Shown piece by piece: positions 1 to 9,645 of a DNA stretch of 64,000 nucleotides. The notes beneath the pieces are model-generated. The model saw only the letters and a program-made list of their open reading frames with translations. It made no database searches and had not been told where the DNA came from. The stretch is from Candidatus Thorarchaeota archaeon. Its GTDB lineage: Archaea; Asgardarchaeota; Thorarchaeia; Thorarchaeales; Thorarchaeaceae. Every line of letters begins with the position of its first letter. Positions within the stretch are counted from its first letter, which is position 1. Both the position numbers and the translations under genes were made by a program. The DNA is taken from assembly GCA_020348985.1 (NCBI GenBank), contig CP070761.1, forward strand, positions 979,713-1,043,712. The letters are read 5' to 3'.

Positions 1-128
1 GACAGGCAATAATGCAGGTTGCAGATTCTATGTTTCTCAGAGTCCTGAATCCGGGAGTTCCTGAGACAATCGAGGAAGAGGAGCTGTTCGCAGATCTTGA
101 GGGAATTGAAGACCTGGAGGCAGACTAG
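1..128 (+). CDS. rpl32e: 50S ribosomal protein L32e, 3' end (partial, starts before window)
   Basis: Frame 3 reads QAIMQVADSMFLRVLNPG...EAD*. RVLNP is the typical L32e C-terminus, and the gene sits directly before rpl19e. Confidence 0.8.
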   Translation, partial: QAIMQVADSMFLRVLNPGVPETIEEEELFADLEGIEDLEAD

Positions 129-131
129 AAG

Positions 132-581
132 ATGAAGCTCACAACACAGAAACGCCTCGCAGCAAGAGTAATGAAAGTTGGAACCTCAAGAGTCTGGATT
201 GACCCGGAATTTGAGGACGAGGTATCCTTGGCAATAACCAAGGATGACATCAGACGACTTGTCGACGAAGGGGCAATACAGGCCAAGGCAAAGACAGGTG
301 TAAGTCGAGGTCGAGCTCGTCATAAGATGAGACAGAAGCGGAAAGGTCTCAGAAAGGGACTAGGCAAGAAGAAGGGCAAGCATACCTCGAAGCTATCCTC
401 GAAAGACAGATGGATGATGAAGATTCGCCCTATGCGAAAGGAGCTCAAGCGTCTTCGAGATGAAGGTAAGATAACCCGAAGAGTGTACAGAGACTTGTAC
501 CTGAAGGCAAAGGGTAACGCATTCAGAAACACTGCGCATCTCAGAACTTACATTGCAGAACGCAGACTGGGGGTGTCCTAG
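132..581 (+). CDS. rpl19e: 50S ribosomal protein L19e
   Basis: QKRLAA..KVG.SRVWIDP, GVSRGR, WMMKIR..R..L and YR.LY.KAKG motifs. Confidence 0.97.
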   Translation: MKLTTQKRLAARVMKVGTSRVWIDPEFEDEVSLAITKDDIRRLVDEGAIQAKAKTGVSRGRARHKMRQKRKGLRKGLGKKKGKHTSKLSSKDRWMMKIRPMRKELKRLRDEGKITRRVYRDLYLKAKGNAFRNTAHLRTYIAERRLGVS

Positions 582-1328
582 ATGGCACAGGGTCCAACAT
601 ACAAGGTCAAATTCAGACGTCGTCGTGAAGGCAAGACGAACTACTATAGAAGGAGAAGACTCCTCCTTTCAAGGACGCCAAGGCTAGTGATTAGGAAGAC
701 TAACACTGCAACGATTGTTCAAGTCATTGAAGCACAGGTCATAGGAGATGTCACCCTGGCTGCTGCGAAATCGACGGAGCTGATTTCACACGGATGGAAT
801 GCGGGAACTGGCAATATGCCTGCCGCATACCTGACCGGGCTCCTAGCGGGCAGGAGAGCAAAACAGAACGGTGTCTCTGAGTCGATACTCGATATCGGAC
901 TTAACCCTCCTGTCAGAGGATCAAGAGTCTATGCAGCTCTCGGGGGTGTATTGGATTCTGGATTGGAGGTGCCGCATGATCCTGAAGTGATTCCAGATGA
1001 TGAAAGAGTATCTGGAAAGCACATAGTAGAGGCGTTCAAGCACTTCCAAGAGAACAAGTCCAACCCGAGCCAGTTCGCAAGTCTTGGGAAGAAGAAGACA
1101 ACCATCACTTCGATACCCAAGCAATTCGAGGCCACAAAGAAGTCAATTCTGGCCTTGACGGAGACAGGACTGAAGAAATCCAAACTACCAGCTGCTGCGA
1201 AGAAACCCAAGAAGAAGGCACCGAGGGAGAGACCGGAAGTCAGACCACCGAGGGCTGTACCTAGAAAACCAAAACCGAAGAAGCTGATATCTCGAGGGAG
1301 AGGTAAGAAAGGCAAGAGGAGACGATGA
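582..1328 (+). CDS. rpl18: 50S ribosomal protein uL18 with basic C-terminal extension
   Basis: MAQGP.Y.V.FRRRREGKTNY..R..LL and N.PAAYLTGLL.G motifs; spc operon position. Confidence 0.96.
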   Translation: MAQGPTYKVKFRRRREGKTNYYRRRRLLLSRTPRLVIRKTNTATIVQVIEAQVIGDVTLAAAKSTELISHGWNAGTGNMPAAYLTGLLAGRRAKQNGVSESILDIGLNPPVRGSRVYAALGGVLDSGLEVPHDPEVIPDDERVSGKHIVEAFKHFQENKSNPSQFASLGKKKTTITSIPKQFEATKKSILALTETGLKKSKLPAAAKKPKKKAPRERPEVRPPRAVPRKPKPKKLISRGRGKKGKRRR

Positions 1329-1331
1329 TTG

Positions 1332-2015
1332 ATGAGTGCTAGGAGGCAGAGAGGGCGCAGACCGCCACGACCCGAGCATAGTCCTCTGGATGATTGGGTA
1401 CCAAAGACCCATCTTGGCAGACTTGTGAAAGAGGGTCACTTGAACAGTCTTGAAGAAATCCTATTGGGAAACCACAACATTAGAGAGTCAGAGATTGTTG
1501 ATATGTTGTTCCCCGAACTACGTCAAGAAGTGGTTGATGTCACTCTTGTACAGAGGCAGTCCGACAGTGGTCAGCAGAAGAGCTTCCGAATAACTGTCGT
1601 GGTAGGTAACGGCGAGGGAGTCATTGGCATAGGAATGGGCAAGGCCGCAGAGTTCGTGCCAGCAATCAGAGCGGCTGAGGCTCGTGCGAAGATGAACATC
1701 TCGATGTTCAGAAGAGGATGTGGTTCTTGGGAATGCCGATGTCACGATCCACATAGCATTCCATTCCAAGTTATGGGAACCTCAGGTTCAGTCACTGTTA
1801 CATTGAAACCTGCGCCCAAAGGAACAGGGCTTGTGACCGCTGATGTGGCGAAGACTGTGCTTCGCATAGCCGGACTAAATGATGTCTGGTCGATAACAAA
1901 GGGACGATCACGAAGCTCGTCAAACTTTGCCAAGGCGACCGTGGAAGCACTGATGGAAACATACAGAATGCTGCCGCCACAAGACTGGCAGTCTTCAGGA
2001 GTCGATCTACCATGA
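1332..2015 (+). CDS. rps5: 30S ribosomal protein uS5
   Basis: WVPKT.LG.LV, RGCGSWEC.C..PHS.PF and L.PAPKGTGLV motifs; ATG at 1332. Confidence 0.96.
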   Translation: MSARRQRGRRPPRPEHSPLDDWVPKTHLGRLVKEGHLNSLEEILLGNHNIRESEIVDMLFPELRQEVVDVTLVQRQSDSGQQKSFRITVVVGNGEGVIGIGMGKAAEFVPAIRAAEARAKMNISMFRRGCGSWECRCHDPHSIPFQVMGTSGSVTVTLKPAPKGTGLVTADVAKTVLRIAGLNDVWSITKGRSRSSSNFAKATVEALMETYRMLPPQDWQSSGVDLP

Positions 2016-2494
2016 GTAGCGAAGAGAAAGTGATTCTGGCAATACGCGTTAGAGGTCAAGTGAGAGTGCGTCCCCAGATAGAGGACACTCTCGATAAGTT
2101 GCTGCTGGTCAGGCTCCACCATGCAAGGGTCTTGCGAATGACCCCAAGCCTTCAGGGCATGATTACAAAAGCCAAGGACTACATCACATGGGGAGAAATT
2201 GACGAGGAGACTGCGACGATTCTCCTAACCAAGCGAGGAAGACTGCCCGGAAACAGGCGGTTGACTGATGACTACATTAAGAGTAACTCGAGCTTCAAGT
2301 CAATCAAATCCTTTGCCAAAGCCTTAGCTGCGGGAGAAGCAAGCACTTCTGATGTCGAGGGATTGAAACCAATCTTCCGACTTACACCCCCATCCAAGGG
2401 CTTCAAAGGAAAACGCAACCTACCTGTCGGGATGGGTGGGATTACTGGATACAGAGGTAGCGAGATTAATGGTCTTGCTGTGAGAATGGTTTAG
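2012..2494 (+). CDS. rpl30: 50S ribosomal protein uL30
   Basis: AIRVRG, KDYITWGE and KP.FRL.PP.KGF motifs. Confidence 0.95.
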   Translation: MSSEEKVILAIRVRGQVRVRPQIEDTLDKLLLVRLHHARVLRMTPSLQGMITKAKDYITWGEIDEETATILLTKRGRLPGNRRLTDDYIKSNSSFKSIKSFAKALAAGEASTSDVEGLKPIFRLTPPSKGFKGKRNLPVGMGGITGYRGSEINGLAVRMV

Positions 2495-2508
2495 AGTGTG
2501 TGTAAGAC

Positions 2509-3045
2509 ATGAGCTGGGATGATCCTGAAGAAAGAAGAAAGGAATTCCGCCGCTGGTTCGGTGACTTTCTACCTGATTCACTCTTTCGTGAAATAGAAGA
2601 AATGATGGAACGTATGATGAGCCAGATGGGCGAAGATGGCTTCTTCGATCCTGAAGCAATTAGAGAGTTCATGGAGAACCCTCAAAACACTAGTCCGTTC
2701 CTGTTTGGTTTCCGTGTTCAGATAGGATCTGATGGAAAACCAACAATCCAGCGGTTCGGTAACCCAGGTCCCGAATCCATTGGGGAAGACGTGCCTCCAG
2801 TGGTTGAGCCATTGGTGGACGTGTTCGATGAGGAAGACGAGGTAATTGTGGTGGCAGATCTTCCTGGCGTCGGTCGGAACGAGATTGGCGTCAAGATCAA
2901 GGGCGAGAAACTTACAATTCATGTTGAAAATCCGGATAGACCCTATCACAAAGAAATCAGGCTGCCGGCCAAGGTAGTCAAGGACGAAGCAACATCATCT
3001 CTCAGAAACGGAGTTCTGGAGATTAGACTGAGAAAAGCAGTTTAG
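2509..3045 (+). CDS. hsp20: Archaeal small heat-shock protein Hsp20
   Basis: FGF...IG.DGKP.I..FGN N-terminal motif, EPLVDV, VVADLPGV and NGVLEI alpha-crystallin end. Confidence 0.9.
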   Translation: MSWDDPEERRKEFRRWFGDFLPDSLFREIEEMMERMMSQMGEDGFFDPEAIREFMENPQNTSPFLFGFRVQIGSDGKPTIQRFGNPGPESIGEDVPPVVEPLVDVFDEEDEVIVVADLPGVGRNEIGVKIKGEKLTIHVENPDRPYHKEIRLPAKVVKDEATSSLRNGVLEIRLRKAV

Positions 3046-3059
3046 AGGAGCGACCAACG

Positions 3060-3509
3060 ATGCAGAAGAGACCGAAGAAGAAATCCAGCAAGATGCGGGG
3101 ACGAAGGGCAATGGGATATGGCTTTAGTGCCGGTCATAGAGCCTCAGGACAGAGAGGCGGCAAAGGAAGAGCTGGAACAAAGAAGCACCACTACGTCAAG
3201 ACAATCTTGGAAGACCCGGACTACTTTGGAAAACACGGGTTCAAACGACCACAGAAGATTATCGAAGAACCAACTGCTGTCAACGTGGGTGACCTCGATG
3301 CTGCTGCTGACAGACTTGCAGAAAGAGGCCTTGCAGTAAAAAGTGGGAAGAAATACACCATAGATATTACCAAGCTCGGGTTCGACAAGATACTGGGTTC
3401 GGGCAAGGTCACTAAGAAATTGGATCTAACTGGTGTCAAGGCCATTACTGATAGGGCAAGGGAGAAGATTACAGAGAAGGGCGGCACCGTCGACCTTCCC
3501 GCAGAGTAG
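3060..3509 (+). CDS. rpl15: 50S ribosomal protein uL15
   Basis: K.RG.R..GYG...HR..G.RGG.G.AG..KHH, YFGKHGF and KILG.G motifs. Confidence 0.95.
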   Translation: MQKRPKKKSSKMRGRRAMGYGFSAGHRASGQRGGKGRAGTKKHHYVKTILEDPDYFGKHGFKRPQKIIEEPTAVNVGDLDAAADRLAERGLAVKSGKKYTIDITKLGFDKILGSGKVTKKLDLTGVKAITDRAREKITEKGGTVDLPAE

Positions 3510-3693
3510 ACACTTCTCTGCCAAGTGAGCGGCTGCTCCTCTGACTAGTACAGATGCTCTACATTGCTTACGATTATCACCATTTTGGACAATAACATTG
3601 GGTGGTTTGGGCGGCAGGAAGCAGACCACTAGCTTTAAAGGTTGAACCCCGCTCGAACGCGAGAAAACCAACCCCTTGGAGACTTTGGGTCAA

Positions 3694-5190
3694 ATGCCAA
3701 GTATGTTTCTGAGAGCACTATCCCCTCTTGTCAGAGTGATGCCAGAGGTCAAGGCTCCAGACCGTGAGATTTCATTTCGCGAGAAGATCATATGGACTCT
3801 CATAATCTTGGTCTTGTTCCTCGTAATGTCACATATGCCCCTCTACGGTGTCGATCCCGCAACAGGAACCGACTACCTTTGGGCGATGCGAGTTATCCTC
3901 GCGAGCACACGGGGCACGTTGATGGAACTGGGGATAGGACCCATAGTCACTGCAGGACTGGTAATGCAGCTTCTGTCAGGCTCAAAGATAATCGATGTAG
4001 ACTTTAGTGATCCTGAGGACAGGTCACTGTTCACTGGTGGTCAGAAAGTCCTTGCAATGATAATGACTGCCTTCCAGGCTTTCGCATACATTGTGGGTAA
4101 TGCCTATGGCCCGCTTCCACCGGCCATGCAGGTCATCATCTGGTTCCAGCTATTTGTGTCCGGAATGATTGTCATCTTGATGGACGAGCTAATCCAGAAA
4201 GGATGGGGACTTGGTTCAGGCGTTTCTCTGTTCATCATGACAAATGTCGCAGGTCAAGTCATGTTCAACATGCTCAACATCACTGAGGTTGAGACTGTGG
4301 CCCCAGTAGGATACGCTCTTGCATCTACAAACCTGCCTAAAGGCATTATAGCAGCAATGATTGCCAATCTCCTGAGAGCGTTCGGAGTTGGTGAAGAACC
4401 ACCTGTTGATGTTGCTTGGCTATTCATACGTAATGGATTCGATCCCAGTGTTCTGGCGTTGATAGTGACGTTTCTCATATTCTTCGGAGTCCTCTGGATG
4501 GAGTCAGTTAGAGTTGAGATACCGCTTCAGTATGCGAAGTACAGAGGCATGAGAGCTAGGTATCCCATTAAGCTGCTGTATACTTCGAACATTCCAGTAA
4601 TACTTGCACAAGCTCTGTATGCCAACATCCTGTTCTTTGGGCAGATCATTTTCAATGCGTGGAATCCTGGTGCCAACAATCCGTTTCTCAATTGGCTGGG
4701 AGTCTTCGAGCAAGACCCAGATTCAGCAAGGATGATAGCCGTCTCGGGGCTGGCGCGGTATATTACGCCGCCGCAAGGAATCTTCTCCTTAATCCGCGAG
4801 GATGATTTTCTGATACATGTTATCATCTACTCAGCTCTGATGATCCTCCTTTGTTGGGGTTTCTCGAAGATATGGGTGGAAATATCAGGAATAGCCCCGC
4901 GCGATGTCTCACGCCAACTCCTGAATTCGGGGTACATCGTCCCAGGATTTCGCCGAAGTGAGAAGGTTCTGGAACGCCTCTTAGAAAGATACATCCCCGT
5001 GGTGGCCGGGTTGGGTGGCTTCCTAGTTGGAGTCCTAGCCGCGGCCGCAGACGTAATGGGGGCCCTAGCTTCAGGTACAGGAATACTGCTCATGGTCAGC
5101 ATAATAAAACAATACTATGAACAGATTGCCAAAGAGCAACTCGCGCAAATGGGTGGAGAAGGCGTCCAAGGATTGCTTGGGATTATCTAA
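3694..5190 (+). CDS. secY: Preprotein translocase subunit SecY/Sec61alpha
   Basis: GTLMELGIGPIVTAG, KGWGLGSG.SLFI, YPIKLLYTSNIPVIL and GTGILL motifs; about 10 TM segments. Confidence 0.97.
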   Translation: MPSMFLRALSPLVRVMPEVKAPDREISFREKIIWTLIILVLFLVMSHMPLYGVDPATGTDYLWAMRVILASTRGTLMELGIGPIVTAGLVMQLLSGSKIIDVDFSDPEDRSLFTGGQKVLAMIMTAFQAFAYIVGNAYGPLPPAMQVIIWFQLFVSGMIVILMDELIQKGWGLGSGVSLFIMTNVAGQVMFNMLNITEVETVAPVGYALASTNLPKGIIAAMIANLLRAFGVGEEPPVDVAWLFIRNGFDPSVLALIVTFLIFFGVLWMESVRVEIPLQYAKYRGMRARYPIKLLYTSNIPVILAQALYANILFFGQIIFNAWNPGANNPFLNWLGVFEQDPDSARMIAVSGLARYITPPQGIFSLIREDDFLIHVIIYSALMILLCWGFSKIWVEISGIAPRDVSRQLLNSGYIVPGFRRSEKVLERLLERYIPVVAGLGGFLVGVLAAAADVMGALASGTGILLMVSIIKQYYEQIAKEQLAQMGGEGVQGLLGII

Positions 5191-5199
5191 TCCTAGAAA

Positions 5200-5237
5200 A
5201 GAGGGACTCGGACAGAGTTCCTCTCTGACTTTCTTTT
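5200..5237 (+). terminator. Hairpin plus T-tract after secY
   Basis: AGAGGGACTC-GGACA-GAGTTCCTCT stem followed by TTTCTTTT. Confidence 0.4.
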
Positions 5238-5965
5238 GGCACACAATAAACTTCGACATTGGCTCTAACCACCATCTCTGCTGCGGACGAATTCACAAAA
5301 TCTCCTTGAATAGGGACGTCGTCAGTAGACGCCCCACCTTCCATTCCCCGAGCAAACCACTCTGACTTCACATGTCCTTTCAAGATTAGCAGCATAAGCT
5401 CTTTCTGAAGACGAGTTGGTCAGCACCTTCGACAGCTTGAAGCGGCCTATACGGTTCTCTATTGACTTGGAAAGCTTGATGAGTTTGGCCGCCATTGCCC
5501 TCACAAATATATTGGCACTGTGAAGTAATAGCGACTTCGCTATTTAGGTCCCTGCTGTCTTGAGAATCTGACAACTATTTTGTCTCTTCTTGCTTAGGCG
5601 TCTTGCTCCAGAATGCCCTCCATCTGCCCCTTCCAACTTGCACGAAATAGAACTCGATAGTCTCCTCTGTGATATCGTCGACCACGTTCTCAACTATGGA
5701 ATACTCAACCGCCTTAGCCAGATTGTTTCAGCTCCATTCCAAGCTCAGGTGATTTCTTAGTTCATGCAAGTAGATTATCTATCTTTGTCAATCTGTGACT
5801 TATAGAATATGCACGGAATCAATCGGAAGCGACCGATTTCCGAAAAGCTTGTCTCCAAAATGCGCTGCCTTGAGATGTTATTGCGGACCCTTCATTCAGA
5901 ACTGTTTTATAACCTCACCTGAGAGGAGAACGATGCTTAAGCATATAATTCCACGGTGAAAACCA

Positions 5966-7078
5966 TTGGCGTCCACCAGTAGATGGCGATTTGTCCTGCC
6001 AGGACTCATGTTCATTGTGTGTGCATTCTTCACATACTACTTCATCGACACAACTATCACTTCACTTGATGTCGATCGTTTGGATCCGATATTGAGCTGG
6101 ACCTATTTCGACTTCAACATAGTCACTGTGACCTTGATTCTTGCTGTGCCGATCTTGCTGCTTGAATATCGTGTTTTGGCGGCTCCAGGTGCTTCGGCAT
6201 TCCTCTATTTCGCAAAAGCCTGGAAGGCCGCATCATATGAAATGAACATTATGAACATAGGGAGGGAGTTTGGATCAGCCCGACTTATCAGAAGAGCGGC
6301 ACCACCTGCACTATTCAGTGCGGCTTCGGCGGGTGTATTTAGGGTAGGAATAAGGCGCTTCATCTTTGGACCGACACCCCCTATCGTGCCACAGGAGCTC
6401 ATTGGACAATACAATATCATGATCACTCTGATGGGGACTCTTGTGTTTCTGCCTATCGCACTTGCATTCTTCATTCCAACATGGGTTCTAAACGATGCTG
6501 GGGTAGTCACACACCTGAAAGGATCGAAGATGAAGGTCAGGCAGCCCCCCGATACTCAAGGTGTAGGAAAATGGGCTGGGAACATGCTAGGCGGGTACGC
6601 GTTGATAGCCTATCCCCTCACTGCACTCAACGATCACTTCTACGAGCCCCTGTTCTTCGCAGGGGATGCGGTTCAGACCTTTGATCCCATCAGAAGCTTC
6701 CTGTGGATAGTTGGTATTCCATTGATTGCTATGGCATTTGTCTTGCCAGTCATAGCTTTGAATGAGAGGTCACACAAGAAGATGAAGGCGCGGGTTACGA
6801 GGTCTGCACGAAAGCTTGGAGCCAGTCCTATACGAAAGGAAAGAATCGCTGTAATAAGGAAACCTACAAGGCCGAAAGTCAGTACGCCTACAGCAGAAGC
6901 TGAAAGCGAATTTGTGGAGGAGGAACCTCCTGCCGTTTTTGACTTGGAAGAAGAGGACGGCATACAATATGTGACGACGGCAAAGAGCAAGAAGAAGGCA
7001 AAGACCAAGGAAAAGGAATCTTCGACATCTTCCAAGAAAGCTCCTTCATCCAAACCGAAGCAAAAGAGCAAGAAGTGA
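5966..7078 (+). CDS. Hypothetical multi-pass membrane protein with charged, Lys-rich C-terminal tail
   Basis: Long ORF with about 5-6 hydrophobic segments and a low-complexity tail; no family recognised. Confidence 0.7.
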   Translation: MASTSRWRFVLPGLMFIVCAFFTYYFIDTTITSLDVDRLDPILSWTYFDFNIVTVTLILAVPILLLEYRVLAAPGASAFLYFAKAWKAASYEMNIMNIGREFGSARLIRRAAPPALFSAASAGVFRVGIRRFIFGPTPPIVPQELIGQYNIMITLMGTLVFLPIALAFFIPTWVLNDAGVVTHLKGSKMKVRQPPDTQGVGKWAGNMLGGYALIAYPLTALNDHFYEPLFFAGDAVQTFDPIRSFLWIVGIPLIAMAFVLPVIALNERSHKKMKARVTRSARKLGASPIRKERIAVIRKPTRPKVSTPTAEAESEFVEEEPPAVFDLEEEDGIQYVTTAKSKKKAKTKEKESSTSSKKAPSSKPKQKSKK

Positions 7079-7099
7079 GGACTGCAATCGGCGGATGGC

Positions 7100-7942
7100 G
7101 TGATGCTGATGTCAGTCCATATCGAGAGACTCAGAGAAGAATATGAAGGACCCCACCACTTGGTTACTACATCTGACGGTCTAACTCTGTTTCTTCGTGA
7201 GTGGAGACCGGCTCAAGGAACCGCAAGAGATACTGCGATACTGATACTGCATGGAATTACAGCTTACAGTGGTCCATACGCAATAATCGGTGAGCCGCTC
7301 TCTGAGAACGGATTCACAACGTATTGAATGGATCTTCGTGGACACGGCTTATCGGACGGCCATCGGGGTGACAGTCCAGGTATGGAAGTGTTTGTCCGTG
7401 ATCTTTGCGAAACGATTTCCTTTGTTCGAAGAAGACACGCACGACTGGTCCTCTTAGGTCACAGTCTCGGTGTCCTTTCAGCAATCCTCGCGATGGCTGA
7501 GTGCAGTTCTGCCGCTGATGGTGCAATTCTCCTTGGTGCTGCACGTACTATGAGAGAGAGCGCATATCCGGAATTGTCACTTGGTAAGAAGCTTCGAATT
7601 CTACTCAGTTCGTTGATATCCCCTACCAAGCAAGTAGTTGAATACCGGCGGGAGGGCATGGTTGGATTGGATGATCCATTATTCACTTTCAACTATACAT
7701 TGCGCTTCATGAGGATTGCAGGCCTAAGAGATTTTGAGTTTCAAGAAGAACTGAATATTCCTGTCTTTGTGGGGATTGGAGAAAGTGATGAGTTGTTCGA
7801 TGTTGAAGCCTGCAGGAATCTCTATGATGAGATACCAGCGTCAACAAAAGAGTTCCATGTGGTGCAGGGCGCAAAGCATGCTGAGTTCCCGCAAGGAAGT
7901 TGGTCCAGACTAATAGAATGGGTCGTTGAGAACTTCGCTTGA
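7100..7942 (+). pseudogene. Alpha/beta hydrolase (lysophospholipase/monoglyceride lipase-like) interrupted by in-frame TGA at 7325-7327
   Basis: Two in-frame ORFs: ILILHG...GFTTY*MDLRGHGLS, then GHSLG nucleophile with Asp and His triad residues. Confidence 0.8.
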
Positions 7943-7986
7943 ATAGCAATCCCGGTGACCATTTTCTCATAAGAAACGGAGAAGCA

Positions 7987-8026
7987 TGGACTAGGCTGAG
8001 CCCTAATGAAGGTCTCAGCCCGTCCA
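7987..8026. terminator. Stem-loop between convergent genes
   Basis: TGGAC..GGCTGAG...CTCAGCC.GTCCA inverted repeat. Confidence 0.4.
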
Positions 8027-8069
8027 AGAGATAGAGAGTCTTTGTTAGTTGGCAACCGTGATTCTGAGA

Positions 8070-8366
8070 CTAGGTCTTCCGACTCCAGTCAAGAAGTGCT
8101 TGGGGCCAGTGTATCAACGGAAATGCAGAGGGTTCCTGCAGAAGAGTCCTCAGCTCACTCTGGCGAACGTGATAGACACTCTGTCGCATATCCTCAAAGT
8201 TGGGCTTCTTTGTAATCAGCTTTAATCCCACTAATCTGCGTAGAGCAAAGCTCACGGTTCTGGCCGGGAGTTTTGAGCTTTCGCTGATTTCCTTGGGAGT
8301 AAGAGGGCCCTTTATTGTCAGCATACCCAGAACAACCAACGCACTTCTTGGCAATTCAGTCAACAT
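8070..8366 (-). CDS. Small winged-HTH (MarR-like) transcriptional regulator
   Basis: LP.SA..VL..L...GPLT.KEI.....LP.RTV.FAL.RL...LI...PN..D.RQ..Y, an archaeal wHTH pattern. Confidence 0.8.
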   Translation of the reverse strand: MLTELPRSALVVLGMLTIKGPLTPKEISESSKLPARTVSFALRRLVGLKLITKKPNFEDMRQSVYHVRQSELRTLLQEPSAFPLIHWPQALLDWSRKT

Positions 8367-8523
8367 ATCTCAGTAATCTCCATTGTCTAACGACTATTTG
8401 TGTGTAAAAGAACAATATCTATTTGCGTGACCCTGAATGTTCAGAATGATGCGGATTCGGGTGGTATTTCGAGGAGATTTCCGAACTGCCATGTTCAGAA
8501 AATGCCAAAAATGCGGTTTCCTC

Positions 8524-8937
8524 TCAAGACAGGACTTGAAAGATTGGTCGTAGACGTATGATTAGGGCCAACGTTACCATCGCAATCATGACATCAAATG
8601 CGGTCGATCCAACAAGAAGCATTGCCATCTCTGGTGTTTCGAATGCTTGCACTATTGTGAGAATTGGTAGGATGAAGCGAACGCAGCATGCTGCAAGAGG
8701 GATTACTATGTATCTCGCCGGGTCGCGTGCAGCTACTAGCTGGAGGCTTCCTAGAGTCACTGCTAGTAGTCCCATCGTTCTCCAATACAAAGGATAGTTC
8801 GGGATTGTCTGAAGTCCTGTAGCCATTGCCACGATAGTGTCACCCCACAGCATGACAGCTGCTCCCATTACTACCTCGAAAGCTCCTCCAAGACCTATCA
8901 TTCCCTTCAACAGCACTTCGGCGTTGCGATTTGACAA
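8524..8937 (-). CDS. Hypothetical 4-TM membrane protein
   Basis: Four hydrophobic segments; TTG start preceded by GGAGG. Confidence 0.65.
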   Translation of the reverse strand: MSNRNAEVLLKGMIGLGGAFEVVMGAAVMLWGDTIVAMATGLQTIPNYPLYWRTMGLLAVTLGSLQLVAARDPARYIVIPLAACCVRFILPILTIVQAFETPEMAMLLVGSTAFDVMIAMVTLALIIRLRPIFQVLS

Positions 8938-9048
8938 TGAGCGTTCCTCCGCTGGTCACCACTGCAATATACTTGCCTACAGAATGATATATATCCTGCA
9001 CTAAAACGACCTCGACTTGTCATCAGCTCCAGACGGTGATTCTGTTAT

Positions 9049-9639
9049 ATGAGTGAGTCAAGAAATGTTGTAATCGTGACCGGGATACCTGGTGTTGGGA
9101 AGACAACAGTCATCAACACAGCAGTGGATATGATCAAAGAGGAATATGGAGAAGAAGTACTCATCTTGAACATTGGGACAGAGATGTTTGAGATAGCTTT
9201 GGCGAAGGGAATGATAAAGGACCGTGATGAGCTCAGAAAGATGCCCACCTCAAAACAGAGAGAAGTGCAGAGACTTGCAGGCGAAGCCATAGCGAAGAAA
9301 GGGAAGTCTGCACGAGCCATTGTAGACACACATACACTCATTCAGACAGAAAACGGATTTCTCATTGGATTGCCCGAGTGGGTTTCCAGACCAATCCAGC
9401 CGAAGACTGTTGTGCTGATCGAAGCGGATTCAGCCAACATCGCCAGTCGCAGGAATTCTGACGAAACCCGCACCCGTGACGAACAGCTTGTAGACGATAT
9501 TCGAGTTCATCAAGAGATGTGTCGAGCAGCTGCTGTCTCAGTGGGAACACTTACTGGAGCGACCGTTAGAATAATCAAGAACCGCGAAGGTCTAGTTGAA
9601 GAAGCTGCAAGAGAACTTGCCGAGACACTAATGGAGTGA
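9049..9639 (+). CDS. adkA: Archaeal adenylate kinase
   Basis: TGIPGVGKTT P-loop, DRDELRK, VDTH and G.LIGLP.WV motifs. Confidence 0.95.
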   Translation: MSESRNVVIVTGIPGVGKTTVINTAVDMIKEEYGEEVLILNIGTEMFEIALAKGMIKDRDELRKMPTSKQREVQRLAGEAIAKKGKSARAIVDTHTLIQTENGFLIGLPEWVSRPIQPKTVVLIEADSANIASRRNSDETRTRDEQLVDDIRVHQEMCRAAAVSVGTLTGATVRIIKNREGLVEEAARELAETLME

Positions 9640-9645
9640 ACCTAG

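Noticed and set aside
7987-8026. SECIS element for the UGA at 7325
   Set aside because: Lacks the AUGA/GA quartet or the archaeal GAA/A motif; better explained as a terminator between convergent genes
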